Assembly: GCA_951406725.2 (NCBI GenBank)
Contig: OX597823.1
Location: 34,968,001-35,032,000 of the forward strand
DNA: 64,000 nucleotides
Direction: 5' to 3'
Origin: Octopus vulgaris
Taxonomy: Eukaryota
The position numbers were made by a program, and so were the translations under genes. The notes under the pieces were generated by a model that was not told the DNA's origin, did not search any database, and worked only from the letters and a program-made list of their open reading frames with translations. Every line of letters begins with the position of its first letter. Position 1 is the first letter of the stretch. Shown one piece after another: positions 24,638 through 36,003 of the stretch.

Positions 24638-24737
24638 ACGAGAACATTTAACTTTAGAAGATTTACAGAGAAATAAAGCTCTTCATGAAAATTTCTGCAA
24701 AGGAGCGATCATGGATGATATAGGACAGACTGGAAAG
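24638..24737 (+). CDS. ANKRD13C: ANKRD13C-like coding exon
   Basis: ctaaag|A CGA GAA CAT...GGA AAG|gtaaaa. Translates (R)REHLTLEDLQRNKALHENFCKGAIMDDIGQTGK. Confidence 0.9.
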
Positions 24738-25334
24738 GTAAAAAAATATATATATATTTTTTTTTTTTAGTAAATGTGTTTTATTAATAATACTTGGTAT
24801 AGACAATGACATATGCTAATGATTTAATTCTGAAGGCAAAATATTGAATGAAATGAATCCCTATCATATCATTACTTGTTTGTGTAATATATCAGATAGT
24901 TTCCTCTCTTTTCCAAACTTTGTCTTTTTTTAATTTTCTGTTTCAGTTTTAGTAGCCTTGTCTCACTACCAAAACTTATATAACAAATAAAGCTCCAAGA
25001 ATACACTCAACTTGACTTTCCCATGGTACACTTTGGTTGTTTAGGCTAACCAATATTATACTGAATACCCAGAGTGAAAAATAGAAGTACATAATTGTGT
25101 TCTAGTAATGAAAGGATACATTAGACACTATAGGTCTACGAAGGAACAGTACAGTGAAAGCTGAAAAACTTTTGATCATTATGTTGTATCAAGGCTGACC
25201 TAAGGCTAAACAATAGTCTATACCACTCCTTATTTGTCAACATGGAAAAACAAAAAAAAATATTTATATAAAATAAATAATATATAAAGTGATATAAAAT
25301 AAATGAAAAAAAATAGTTATATAAAATAAAGTGT

Positions 25335-25605
25335 GAAGACTTAGTGGTTAGGCTGTTGCACTCATGATCTAGTGATTGTGAGTTTGATTCCCTTATTGGG
25401 CGGCATGTGTTCTTGAGCAAAACACCTCACTCACATTGCTTCACTCACATTGCTCCAGTCCCCCTTCAATCAGTGGAGATTGATGGCCTGCTCACCTAGC
25501 CAGCAGAGTGACATCATTTGAAGGCTAAAACAATGCAAAAGCACATTGTGACCAGTGATGTGTAACAACATCTGATAGCCTGATCGGTAATGTGATCATG
25601 CGATA
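25335..25605 (+). mobile_element. tRNA-derived SINE (second family)
   Basis: A-box-like ttagtggttagg, B-box-like gagtttgattcc, CORE-like gtgttcttgagcaaaacac. The 3' part is shared with 50568-50685 and the 5' part with ~53970-54060. Confidence 0.7.
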
Positions 25606-25894
25606 AAATAAGGTAATTGATTCTGTTAACAAAAATGTTTTCAGTAAAATTTCAGTAATGATTTTCAGTCATATCTTCTATTTTTGAAAATCCTTGATCT
25701 TAGTAAGATAGATGGAACTGGTCTGTTGTGATTGACTTGTATTAAATCAGTGTTAAAATACAATTAGGTAGGTATCCTTTCAAATGTCAAATGTTGTGTG
25801 AATGTGGAACCAAACCCTGTTTGTGAAGCTAAATTATTCAGTATTGAATTTGTTACTACATATTTAATTCTTATAAACTTTCTCGTTTGTATAG

Positions 25895-26047
25895 CAACCA
25901 GAAAGGCGTTGTTCTTTGGCTCCACCGCCAAAGCCATGTGTAAAATGGGGAGAATACATACATTCCTTTCCTGGCAAATTTCCTTGTTTAGGACGTACTC
26001 CGATATCAAAAGAAAATAGTAAAACCTACAAAGCAACTGTTGCTATG
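25895..26047 (+). CDS. ANKRD13C: ANKRD13C-like coding exon
   Basis: gtatag|CAA...GCT ATG|gtaagt. Translates QPERRCSLAPPPKPCVKWGEYIHSFPGKFPCLGRTPISKENSKTYKATVAM. Confidence 0.92.
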
Positions 26048-27474
26048 GTAAGTATTCATTTAGAATACCATGTAAATTTATTTTGAACCTTCATCATCTC
26101 TTTCTTTGTCAAGCTGCTTTGAGTTATACAAGCCCAATGTTCCTCTTGCCCAACTGTTGAGAAAGAAGTACAAATTTGTAATTTAGTCATACTTGGGGCT
26201 AGGGGTTCAGTATGGTATATACTGTAATAATTGACAGAATTTGATTTAGGTGGCATTTTAACCACACAACTATTAACTTTAAATTCCTGACTGACAAATA
26301 TTAGTTATAATATTTAGCCAGTGTTTGAAATATAAATTAACATGAGCAGGCCAGTATCAAAAGGGTTAAACTATTTAATAAAAGTATTATGTTTTCAAGA
26401 ATTTTGTCCCTCTGCTTATATTTGTAGATGTATTAGATTTTGATATCCCTTATTTACATGGCCAGTTATGGATGAACCCTGCATATTATTCAACAAATAC
26501 AAGTAATTTAATGTAGATTCAGAAAATAATATAGTGCATTTTTAGTGATATTGCAAGTCTATGGCAAGTGAACTAATTACCTTTTGAATTTTCATCTTTT
26601 ATGAGTAAACGCAGATTGCATGATCCAATTGCATGTGGGTTTACACAATCATGAAAGTCTTTAAAAAATCCATGAAGGAATAAGAAAGTTATGCCAGAAG
26701 TTGTGATTACCTGCACACTTTTATATGATGCTTATAAAAGCATTTTTTTGGATGGAGGTGTGTTTTGTTTGTGCAACCACTATAATAAAAATAAGTGCAA
26801 ACACTACACTATCTCTGCTTTGCATTATAATATTGAAGAAGTGTACCTTGCATTCTTTTTAAAGAATGTGCAAAGGAAATTTTGCATCTACATGCAAAAC
26901 AATAATCATGTGTTTGTTTAATCAGGTGCATTATTGCCTCTTCATAAAGCTGGTGAACTAAGCCTTGTTTTGCAGGGTTTGAAGGTATATTTTTTTGGTA
27001 ACATTTGTGCTGAACATAATGAAGAGAATAAGTGCATTATATTGAGCAACTTCAATGACCTATAAAAACAGTCTTCAATATTTTATTCTATGCCTGTTGT
27101 GGATTCCATACCAGTTCACCATTTGGTCTAATTTATTATACTTATTCATATTTCTGTCGAACTTATCAATGACAGCCAGTTTAATACCACCTCTTAAGAT
27201 TACAATTGGAGTAGATGTAAGATGATGTTATTGCCACCAACTTTTTTACCTTCTTATCCCTAAAAAGCACAGATGAATTTGTGCTCTCTGTGTTTTAGTG
27301 AATTGTTTGAGTCTTGTTGGAAACTTCTGTGGCTATATTTACTGTACCCATGTAATTAGTTCGTTTGACAGCAAAAGTTCTCTCAGCTACTAGGTAGTAT
27401 TAAAAAATCTATCTGCATAGATAGATTTTTACAAGTGGCTGAATGAGTATATCAAAGGTTTTAATAGTTTGTCC

Positions 27475-27623
27475 ACTTCAGGATCTGTGTTCAGGTGTTT
27501 GATACAAATATAGGAGATGTTTACAATATTTTGATCTACTTTGACTTCAATACCTCAAACACCTGAACACAGATCCTGAAGTCAAAGTAGATCAAAATAT
27601 TGTAAACATCTATATTTGTATCA
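27475..27623. repeat. Interleaved inverted repeats (A-B-A'-B')
   Basis: A 27475-27502 pairs with A' 27555-27582 (28 bp perfect). B 27500-27549 pairs with B' 27577-27623 (47 bp with a 3-nt bulge). Confidence 0.9.
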
Positions 27624-28792
27624 CATAATCCAAAAAGATTTTATGTTGTACTTTTGGGGTTTATTTGCAGTGAATTGTTTGTAAGTCCATTGTTACTTGA
27701 ATCTCATACTCCTTTCAATCCAAGTAAAGGCCTGAAATAGATACAAGGCAATCTGGAACATTTTCAAAAGTAAATTGAAGGGCTCTATCTTTTCCTTCTT
27801 AACTGACCATGCACACTGTTGTGTATAGCAGACAAATCATGACAGATGAATATTTTCTGAAAGAAGCAGGTGTACATTTCTGATGCACAGGAAGGACTTC
27901 TTCATTGATGAGTAGATTAGGACAATCAAGTTCTGAACAAACTTCCTTCACAGAGGCTGTTGCAATCCCTGTAAAAGGTGGAGTGAATCTAAAAGAGTTT
28001 TGTGTTGAAAGATGCCCATGAAAACTAATGCAAGGTAGAGGATTCCTTTACTCTTGCTGCAGACAGTCTTTGTAGTACTGGTAGTATAACAAATTACATC
28101 CAATTTATGTTGTAAAATAGCTGGTAGCAGAACAAAAATTCAGCTGTAAAAACTAGGCCCAAAAAGAAAGAAGCAAACAATAGATTTGAGCTCACAAGTT
28201 CAAACCTATTTTGTTGCATGCAGGTAACCCATCTTGAAGCACAAGTCCTTTGTCCTGTTGCAGCCAAACTCTTGTATCAGTGGAATAGTAAAATGTACCA
28301 GTCTATGTTGTGATTGGGAGAACATTCAGCCATAAAAATGTTTAATCAGTAGCACTCTTAAAGAATTTGTTAATAAATACAACCCACCTTTAAGCTGTAT
28401 AACCATTACTTTTATAGACTATGAACCTTATGTTTTTATATTTCTATCTTCACTTAAGTTATCAAACTGCACATATTAATCATTTCTAATTATTTACTGG
28501 TTCTGTCTTATGGAGATACATATTCTGAAGCCTAATTTAAAGAAAATATCCACAATGTTCATAATAATTCTTTTAAATATTTATTTTCTCTTTTAAAAAA
28601 ATTCCTCCACTGAGAATATAAATTTAACTTTTCTTTTTTTAGTAAGATAAAGATGAATATTTTTAATTTATATATCTATAATTTCCCCTGTAATAAATTA
28701 ATCTTGATATTTTATTTTAAATTTTGAAAGTTTTTCTTTACTGTTTTCCTTGAATTGTGAAAATGATACTGTATCTGTTTGCTTTATTTTAG

Positions 28793-28821
28793 AGTGAAGA
28801 TTTTCCAATGGCAGTTGAAGC
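28793..28821 (+). CDS. ANKRD13C: ANKRD13C-like 29-nt micro-exon
   Basis: ttttag|AGT GAA GAT TTT CCA ATG GCA GTT GAA GC|gtaagt = SEDFPMAVE(A). Bridges KATVAM to LLDVLEV, as in ANKRD13C. Confidence 0.9.
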
Positions 28822-30049
28822 GTAAGTTTTAATTTCCTAAAATTTAAATATTAGAATTATTATTTCTTTTAAATCTTATTGAAAATAGTGGAAATTTTAT
28901 ATTTGTAAAAAGCACTTTTATAAAACAAGAGAACTTAGGCAACTAATATTGTTCTAAGCAAAATGTTACAATTTTGTTTTGTTTTGTTTTTTCTACTGAA
29001 AACAAATTACAAAATTTCAGTTATCTCGGAAAACAATTTCATTTGTATATTTTCTTGAGTATTTTGTATTTTTATTTAGACTTTTTCTATCACAGTGTCA
29101 TACCTGCTGTAGTCATAGAATATTTATTCACCAGATGACAAGTTGACAGATTATATGCTGTTTCTGGTATGTGTTGTTGGGATTAACACTTAACAGTCAT
29201 TGACCTAGCAACTAACAGATACCATGGAGAATTATAGTATTTTGCTGTAAGCAATCAGTCTCTATATAACTGATGAGTAGTTGTTTAGCCTTTCTGTTAT
29301 TATTATTTAAATAAAATACACATCTATTTGATCCAAATTATATATTTTATAATTTGTGAATTTAAACCAGTTTTGTAAAACAGTTCTAACTTTTTTTATT
29401 TATCAATATTTTTAAGAGGTGTTTTAAACACAATTTAAAATGTTCTTCCACAAATCTATTACAAAATTTCTTTAAAAATTACCCTAATTTCAGGTAAATA
29501 CAAATAAAATATAAAGTTATTTAAATATCATCATATAAAATTAGCCAATATTATATGATATCAATATATAGCTTAGTATTATACCAATTATATATCTAGT
29601 GAACTTGCTCTAATTTTATCCTGTTTGTCTTCCTTTTTTCTTTGTTCATAATTTTGCATAGTGATTAGTCTCTACCATTCTTATTTGAAACTCTTGAATT
29701 GATAAACAAAAGTAAATAATCAATCTATAGCAATGTTTTGGCAGAAAGCGCATGGAAACTTCTATTGATCATGTGATAACAACTGAAATACTATTCATCA
29801 GAGTTCAGGGCAAGTCACCTGATATGCTATGGCCTATAACTCATTACTGAGCCCATGTGGATTCAAATCTAAGCCTTGCTATAAGAGCATTTAAGCGGAA
29901 ACTTATTAAACATTGACTTAAAACTGTTAGAGAAGTTGCAAATTCTATGGCTATGTCACCATATTGCACAAGAACAGTACTCAGATTGAGTAAATTAATT
30001 GAAGACACACTAAGTAGCAGTAATTAAGCTAAAGCTAAATGGATTTATA

Positions 30050-30745
30050 TTCATCCACACACTCAGCAGATCCTTCATGGCTTGCTGATCATTTTTCTCC
30101 ACACACTTTATTGAAGGAAATTCCATGACACTTCTTAAATCTGTGAAGCCATCCTTCAGTACAATTGCACTCATATTCTAGCTTAAATTCTTTGTGGAAC
30201 AACTGAGCCTGCTCTATTATCATTGTACCTGATAATTTTACTCCATCACTTGAATGTTGTTGAAACCATTCCATCATCATTTGATCAGGATCACTACTCT
30301 TACTAGATTTCATTGTTTTTCTAATGTGCATTTGCTTCCTGCAATCACTGTCTCTAGAGAATTTCAATAGTTTTTCCCTTTGCTTCCCTATCAGTTGATT
30401 TACTGAGACCATAATTTTCACAAATCTTCTGCACCAAAGTTCAGTTTTTTTTAACAGTTGAACTTTCTCTTGAATCAATATGGATTAGTCTTCAGTGTCC
30501 CTCTCATCTTTGTTAGAAGCCAGAGGTGGGATTAAATTTAAGAAAAATAGGCTAAGAATCTCACAGAATTGAGGTATCAGCCACAAGCAAGTGTAGTGTA
30601 AACCATCAAAGTAAGTGCCATCTGTGTGCACCCAGTAAACTAGTCTGGCAGCCAGAAGGATTTGAAGTTCCTGCTCATAAATTAGTGCAAATTATAAGAG
30701 GATCCAGACTATCAATGTCTAGAAAGTCAATGTTGTACCTGTAAT
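30050..30745 (-). mobile_element. Tigger/pogo-type DNA transposon 5' fragment (CENP-B-type HTH)
   Basis: ORF 30089-30478: DQMMMEWFQQHSSDGVKLSGTMIIEQAQ...GWLHRFKKCHGI...VCGEK. Confidence 0.8.
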
Positions 30746-31308
30746 TACTTTTTGACTAACTATTGAAAATAGAATAAATTGAATATCATTTACAGATATT
30801 TTCCAGACCTTAATAGATTTCAGTGGAGTCTTCTGAGAAGAAAATGTTAATGAATTTTGGATATAGAATAATAATCATTTGTACAAGAGCAGGAATTTAA
30901 AAATTCAAAGTAGCACCTACAAACCAAGATAAATAAAATTGATCGTTATTATGATTCCTGTTCTTTAATATAAGTGTTGGTCCAAAAGCAACAATTATCT
31001 AGCTGCTAGGTTTGACTGATTTCAACTAAAACAAAAATGGAAACAAATTCTCAGATGTGATGATGTAAAGAAGATGTCAAGCGTTGTAGACTGTTTTGTT
31101 CCGTCTTGATAGTGCATTTTTGATTATTCTTTCATATGTTTTTATTTCATTTTAAAATCTAACTGGATTTTTCTTTGATTTTAATACTGCTTTTTTATAC
31201 TTTGTAAAATTTATTAAAGGTAATGGAGATAAACAAATTGAAATAAACTAAAATTAAACAATAATGATTTTACATAGATTCACTTAATTTGTCAATTATA
31301 TTTTATAG

Positions 31309-31409
31309 GTTATTGGATGTACTTGAAGTTATTGCTCCTTTTAAACAATTTCAAAAGTTGAGGGAGTTTATGATGACCAAATTACCGGATGGTTTTCCCG
31401 TAAAACTTG
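31309..31409 (+). CDS. ANKRD13C: ANKRD13C-like coding exon
   Basis: ttatag|G TTA TTG...CTT G|gtaagt. Translates LLDVLEVIAPFKQFQKLREFMMTKLPDGFPVKL. Confidence 0.93.
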
Positions 31410-32136
31410 GTAAGTCCATTAAGAACATTATGTATTCTTTTATCTTTTATTTGTTTCAGTCATTGGATTGGGGTCATGCTAGGGTACTACCTTGAAGGGT
31501 TTAGTCAAACATATATATAAAACTGGAATTTATTCTATTGATGAAATGTCATAACAAAATAACTGCTAGCTATAATTTCTATAGAAAATCTATAGAGATA
31601 ACCTTAGCATGTTATTCTATTGGTCTCTTTTCCTGAACCATTAAGTTATGGGGATGTAAACATGTGTGTGCATGTATATATATATATATATATACACAGA
31701 CACGTGTGTGCATATATATATATACACACATACATACAAGGGGATGCTGAAAAGTTCCTGGCTTTAAGAGTCTTGAGAAAGGCCTGTTTGGAAGTCCAAC
31801 ATTCAGAGTTCTGTAAGAAAAATCTGAAAGACTGCTGCAATCACATCACATCTAACACACTAGCACTGAACACTTCCCACCACCCACAACAGTGAACATA
31901 CTAGCACTGACCAGTTCCAAGCACCTACATCTACACACGCACACGTCAATATCACTAGCCCCCTTCTACAGGTACATTCACACTCACATGCACCTTCGTT
32001 TTGGGAGCACCACTACTTTATTATCTACCCTTCTCCTAAGCTCTCCTGTGTGACCCCATCTGTCTGGCATTTGCCATGATAGATCGTTAGCCACTAAATC
32101 TTTTTCTATTTTCTCTTCCTCTTTATTTTTGTGTTC

Positions 32137-32172
32137 CTTTCTGTCGAAGAGCGTAGGCTCGAAATGTAAAAG
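32137..32172 (+). ncRNA. Degenerate minimal hammerhead-like motif
   Basis: CUUU CUGUCGA A GAGC-guag-GCUC GAAA U GUA AAAG. Core position 6 is U instead of A. Confidence 0.45.
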
Positions 32173-32327
32173 ACTTTCTCACTTCCCAAGCGTTAAACTA
32201 ATACATCTGTTTGTTGTTTACACACCCATCTTTTGTTTTTTGTAAATTCTCACTATATATCCACATATATGTGTATGTGTGTATGTATGTATATATATAT
32301 GTGTGTGTGTGTGTATACGTGTGTGAG

Positions 32328-32359
<32 letters not shown>

Positions 32360-32363
32360 TATG

Positions 32364-32428
<65 letters not shown>

Positions 32429-32440
32429 ATATATATATAT

Positions 32441-34463
32441 CATCATCATCATCATCATCATTTAGCGTCCGTTTTCCATGCTAGCATGGGTTGGACGGTT
32501 CTACTGGGGTCTGTGAAGCCAGAAGGCTTCATCAGGCCCAGTCAAATCTGGCAGTGTTTCTACGGCTGGATGCCCTTCCTAACGCCAACCACTCCGTGAG
32601 TGTAGTGGGTGCTTTTTACGTGCCACCCGCACTGGTGCCAGACAGAGCTGGCAAACGGCCACGAACGGATGGTGCTTTTTATGTGCCACCGGCACGAGGG
32701 CCAGGCGAGGCTGGCAACGGACACGAAACGGGGCGGTGCTGGCAACGGTCGCGAAACGGAAAGTTCTCTTACATGCCACCGGCACTGGTAACACATCTGC
32801 AATTTCCATTGATCGTTTTTTCCATTCTGATCCTCACTTGCCTCAATGGGTCTTCACAAGCAGAGTTTCGACATGCCACCGGCACTGGTAGCACATCCGC
32901 AATTTCCATTGATCGATTTCGATTCTGATCCTCACTTGCCTCAACACGTCTTCACAAGTAGAGTTTTGTGTCCCAAGAAGGGAAGGTATGCATACGTAGG
33001 CTGGCTCCATCCCATGTAGAAGGCCACGGGTTGTGGACTCACTTGTCCTGCCGGGTCTTCTCGCGCACAGCACACTTCCAGAGGTCTCGGTCTCTAGTCA
33101 TTTCCTCAGTGAGACCTAAAGTTCGAAGGTCGTGCTTCACCACCTCGTCCCAGGTTTTCCTGGGTCTGCCTCTTCCACAGGTTCCCTCAACCGCTAGGGT
33201 GTGGCACTTTTTCACACAACTATCTTCATCCATTCTCGCCACATGACCATACCAGCGCAAACGTCTCTCTTGCACACCACAACTGATGCTTCTTAGGTCC
33301 AGCTTTTCTCTCAAGGTACTTACACTCTGCCGAGTGTGAGTACCGGCATTACACATCCATCGGAGCATACTGGCTTCATTTCTAGCGAGCTTACGCATAT
33401 CCTCAGCAGTTACGGCCCATGTTTCACTGCCATGTAGCATGGCTGTTCGTACACACGCATCATACAGTCTGCCTTTCACTCTGTGCGAGAGGCCTTTTGT
33501 CACCAGCAGAGGTAAGAGCTCTCTGAACTTTGCCCAAGCTATTCTTACTCTAGCAGTTACACTTTCAGCACACCCGCCCCCGCTGCTGACTTGGTCACCT
33601 AGGTAACGGAAACTATCAACTATTTCTAGTTTTTCTCCCTGGAAAGTGACGGAAGTTGGTCTCAGAGCATTTTCAGTGTTTATTGTTCCTGAGCATCTGC
33701 CACATACAAAAACCATCTTCCTAGTTAGTCTTCCTTTGACATTGCTGCATCTCTTATGTGTCCATAGCTTACACTTGGTGCATCTTATAGAGTTTCTACC
33801 TACACCTTTTCTACAGATCGAGCAGGGCCATCTACCTGAAGGTGTTTGTGATTTGTCTACCTTCCTACTGATTACGACTTTGGTTTTAGCTAGATTGACT
33901 CTGAGGCCCTTCGATTCTAATCCTTGTTTCCACACCTGAAACTTCTCCTCCAGTTCTGATAGCGACTCAGCAATTAGAGCAAGGTCATCAGCATAGAGGA
34001 GCTCCCAAGGGCATCCTGTCTTGAATTCCTCCGTTATTGCCTGGAGGACTATGATAAATAGGAGGGGGCTGAGTACTGAGCCTTGGTGGACCCCTACCTC
34101 TACCCGGAATTCTTCACTGTACTCATTTCCAACCCTCACCCTACTAGCGGCGTCCCTATACATGGCCCGCACAGCTCTCACTAACCATTCATCTATCCCT
34201 AGTTTTCTCATTGCCCACCAGATAAGGGATCGGGGGACCCTGTCGAAGGCTTTCTCCATGTCAACAAAAGCCAGGTACAGGGGCTTATCTTTGGCTAGGT
34301 ATTTCTCCTGCAGCTGCCTTACCAGGAATATAGCATCAGTAGTACTTTTCCCTGGCACAAACCCAAACTGCATCTCATCTAAACTAACTCTCTCTCTAAT
34401 TAGTTGGGCTATGACCCTCTCTGTAACCTTCATCACCTGGTCCAACAGCTTGATACCTCTGTA
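32441..34463 (-). mobile_element. Young RTE-clade LINE, 5'-truncated, inserted antisense into a (TA)n microsatellite
   Basis: Uninterrupted RT ORF, a ~600-bp 3' UTR with internal repeats, terminal stem-loop cgtcc..ccatgctagcatgg..ggacg and a (GAT)n tail. Confidence 0.95.
33039..34463 (-). CDS. RTE reverse transcriptase (partial) with internal C4HC3 finger
   Basis: YRGIKLL...QFGF...[11 protein letters not shown]...[10 protein letters not shown]...LLYADD...FRYLG...RRLRWYGHV...GRGRPRKTW...RDRDLW. The true element boundary is at YRGIKLL; the upstream YIYI run is microsatellite. Confidence 0.93.
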   Translation of the reverse strand, partial: YRGIKLLDQVMKVTERVIAQLIRERVSLDEMQFGFVPGKSTTDAIFLVRQLQEKYLAKDKPLYLAFVDMEKAFDRVPRSLIWWAMRKLGIDEWLVRAVRAMYRDAASRVRVGNEYSEEFRVEVGVHQGSVLSPLLFIIVLQAITEEFKTGCPWELLYADDLALIAESLSELEEKFQVWKQGLESKGLRVNLAKTKVVISRKVDKSQTPSGRWPCSICRKGVGRNSIRCTKCKLWTHKRCSNVKGRLTRKMVFVCGRCSGTINTENALRPTSVTFQGEKLEIVDSFRYLGDQVSSGGGCAESVTARVRIAWAKFRELLPLLVTKGLSHRVKGRLYDACVRTAMLHGSETWAVTAEDMRKLARNEASMLRWMCNAGTHTRQSVSTLREKLDLRSISCGVQERRLRWYGHVARMDEDSCVKKCHTLAVEGTCGRGRPRKTWDEVVKHDLRTLGLTEEMTRDRDLWKCAVREKTRQDK

Positions 34464-34617
<154 letters not shown>

Positions 34618-34659
34618 AGATATATATATATATATATGGAGATATATATATATATATGG

Positions 34660-34706
<47 letters not shown>

Positions 34707-34711
34707 TATAT

Positions 34712-35010
34712 ATTATAGCCTCAGGCCGATCAAAGCCTTGTGAATGGGTTTCATACACATGTTTATATTTGTGTGCATGTGAGTGTGTCTGTGTTTATTC
34801 CCCCACCATTGCTTGACAACTGTAACTTAGTGGTTCGGCAAAAGACACTGATAGAATAAGTACTAGCCTTATAAAGAATAAATTCTGTGGTTGATTTTGT
34901 TCAACCAAATGCGGTGCTCCAGCATGGCTGCAGTCACATGACAAAAACAAGTAAAACAATTAAAAAAGTATGCCATTTTAATCCCGAACAAGGCCGGGTG
35001 TCTCTGCAAT
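34712..35010 (+). mobile_element. SINE 3' fragment fused to a Helitron-like 3' hairpin
   Basis: SINE tail followed by tatgccattttaatcccgaacaaggccgggtgtctctgc. Same composite as 50703-51025. Confidence 0.65.
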
Positions 35011-35869
35011 GAAGAGTAAGTGATTTTAATGATCTTGTAAGTGCTCTCTCAAGAATCTGGCAGACCCACTGAATAGAACTGTGCTAAGAATGAGGCTTTA
35101 GATGATTCGTTATCACACTTTAAACACAGAAAACTTGTTCCAACATAGTACAAGTATTGCACTATGTTAAAGCAAATATAGATTTATGGTCAATTGCTTG
35201 ATTGCAGTATTTTGGTGATACTTGTTCACTGGGGTGAAAAGGAGTTTCTTGCCTCTCATCGGGATCAATTTTTGTATTCATTGAAAATGTGTGCTTTCAT
35301 TAAGATGAAAGAATTCCAAATGATGAAATAAAAAGTGAATCTTTAGCTCTTCATATAATTGCAAACTATTTTCAATTTGGAGTTGTCATTGTGGAAAATA
35401 ATGCAAAAATACTCTGCTGCTTTAGAATAAATAAAAAAGATAGCGGCAAAAATATCCCAACAGTATTTGGATTTAAAACTTATATATGAGAAAGAAAAAA
35501 ATGGTTCAATTAAATCATTTTCTGATATATCACACTATTTATTTAAAAATAGTATGTTGAAGAACTTTCAACATCACTATTCTGGACATTGATAATCTCA
35601 TAGAGATGAACACCATATTGGAGCCTTTAATTACAAAAGAAAGAACATGAAGCCTCTCACCATTGGGAAGAAAAAAGAAACATTTGGTTCAAAATTCCAA
35701 GGAATATGACAGGCACCTGAAGAAGGTTAGAGTGTACCATGGTTGAAATATTTAAACTATAACAACAAAGTGAAAAACAGTGTAAAATAATGATACTACT
35801 CCAATTCAGAAATAAGCAAAACCTAATCTTGATTTTTAATAGTTTATTTGTTTTCTATTTTTTTTTCAG

Positions 35870-36003
35870 AGTTGCCTGTTTTCCCCACAGTCACAGCAAC
35901 AGTCACTTTTACTAAATTTGAGTGGGTTGACGACCTTGATGATAGCTTGTTTGCAGTACCAAATGATTATCATGAAGATCCACAACGTTTTCCTGACCTA
36001 TGA
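35870..36003 (+). CDS. ANKRD13C: ANKRD13C-like terminal coding exon
   Basis: tttcag|AG TTG CCT...GAC CTA TGA. Translates (E)LPVFPTVTATVTFTKFEWVDDLDDSLFAVPNDYHEDPQRFPDL*, matching the diagnostic ANKRD13C C-terminus (EDPxRFPDL). Confidence 0.95.

Noticed and set aside
32595-32900. Spaced repeats resembling a CRISPR array
   Set aside because: Degenerate repeats with related spacers inside a eukaryotic LINE 3' UTR; no cas genes.
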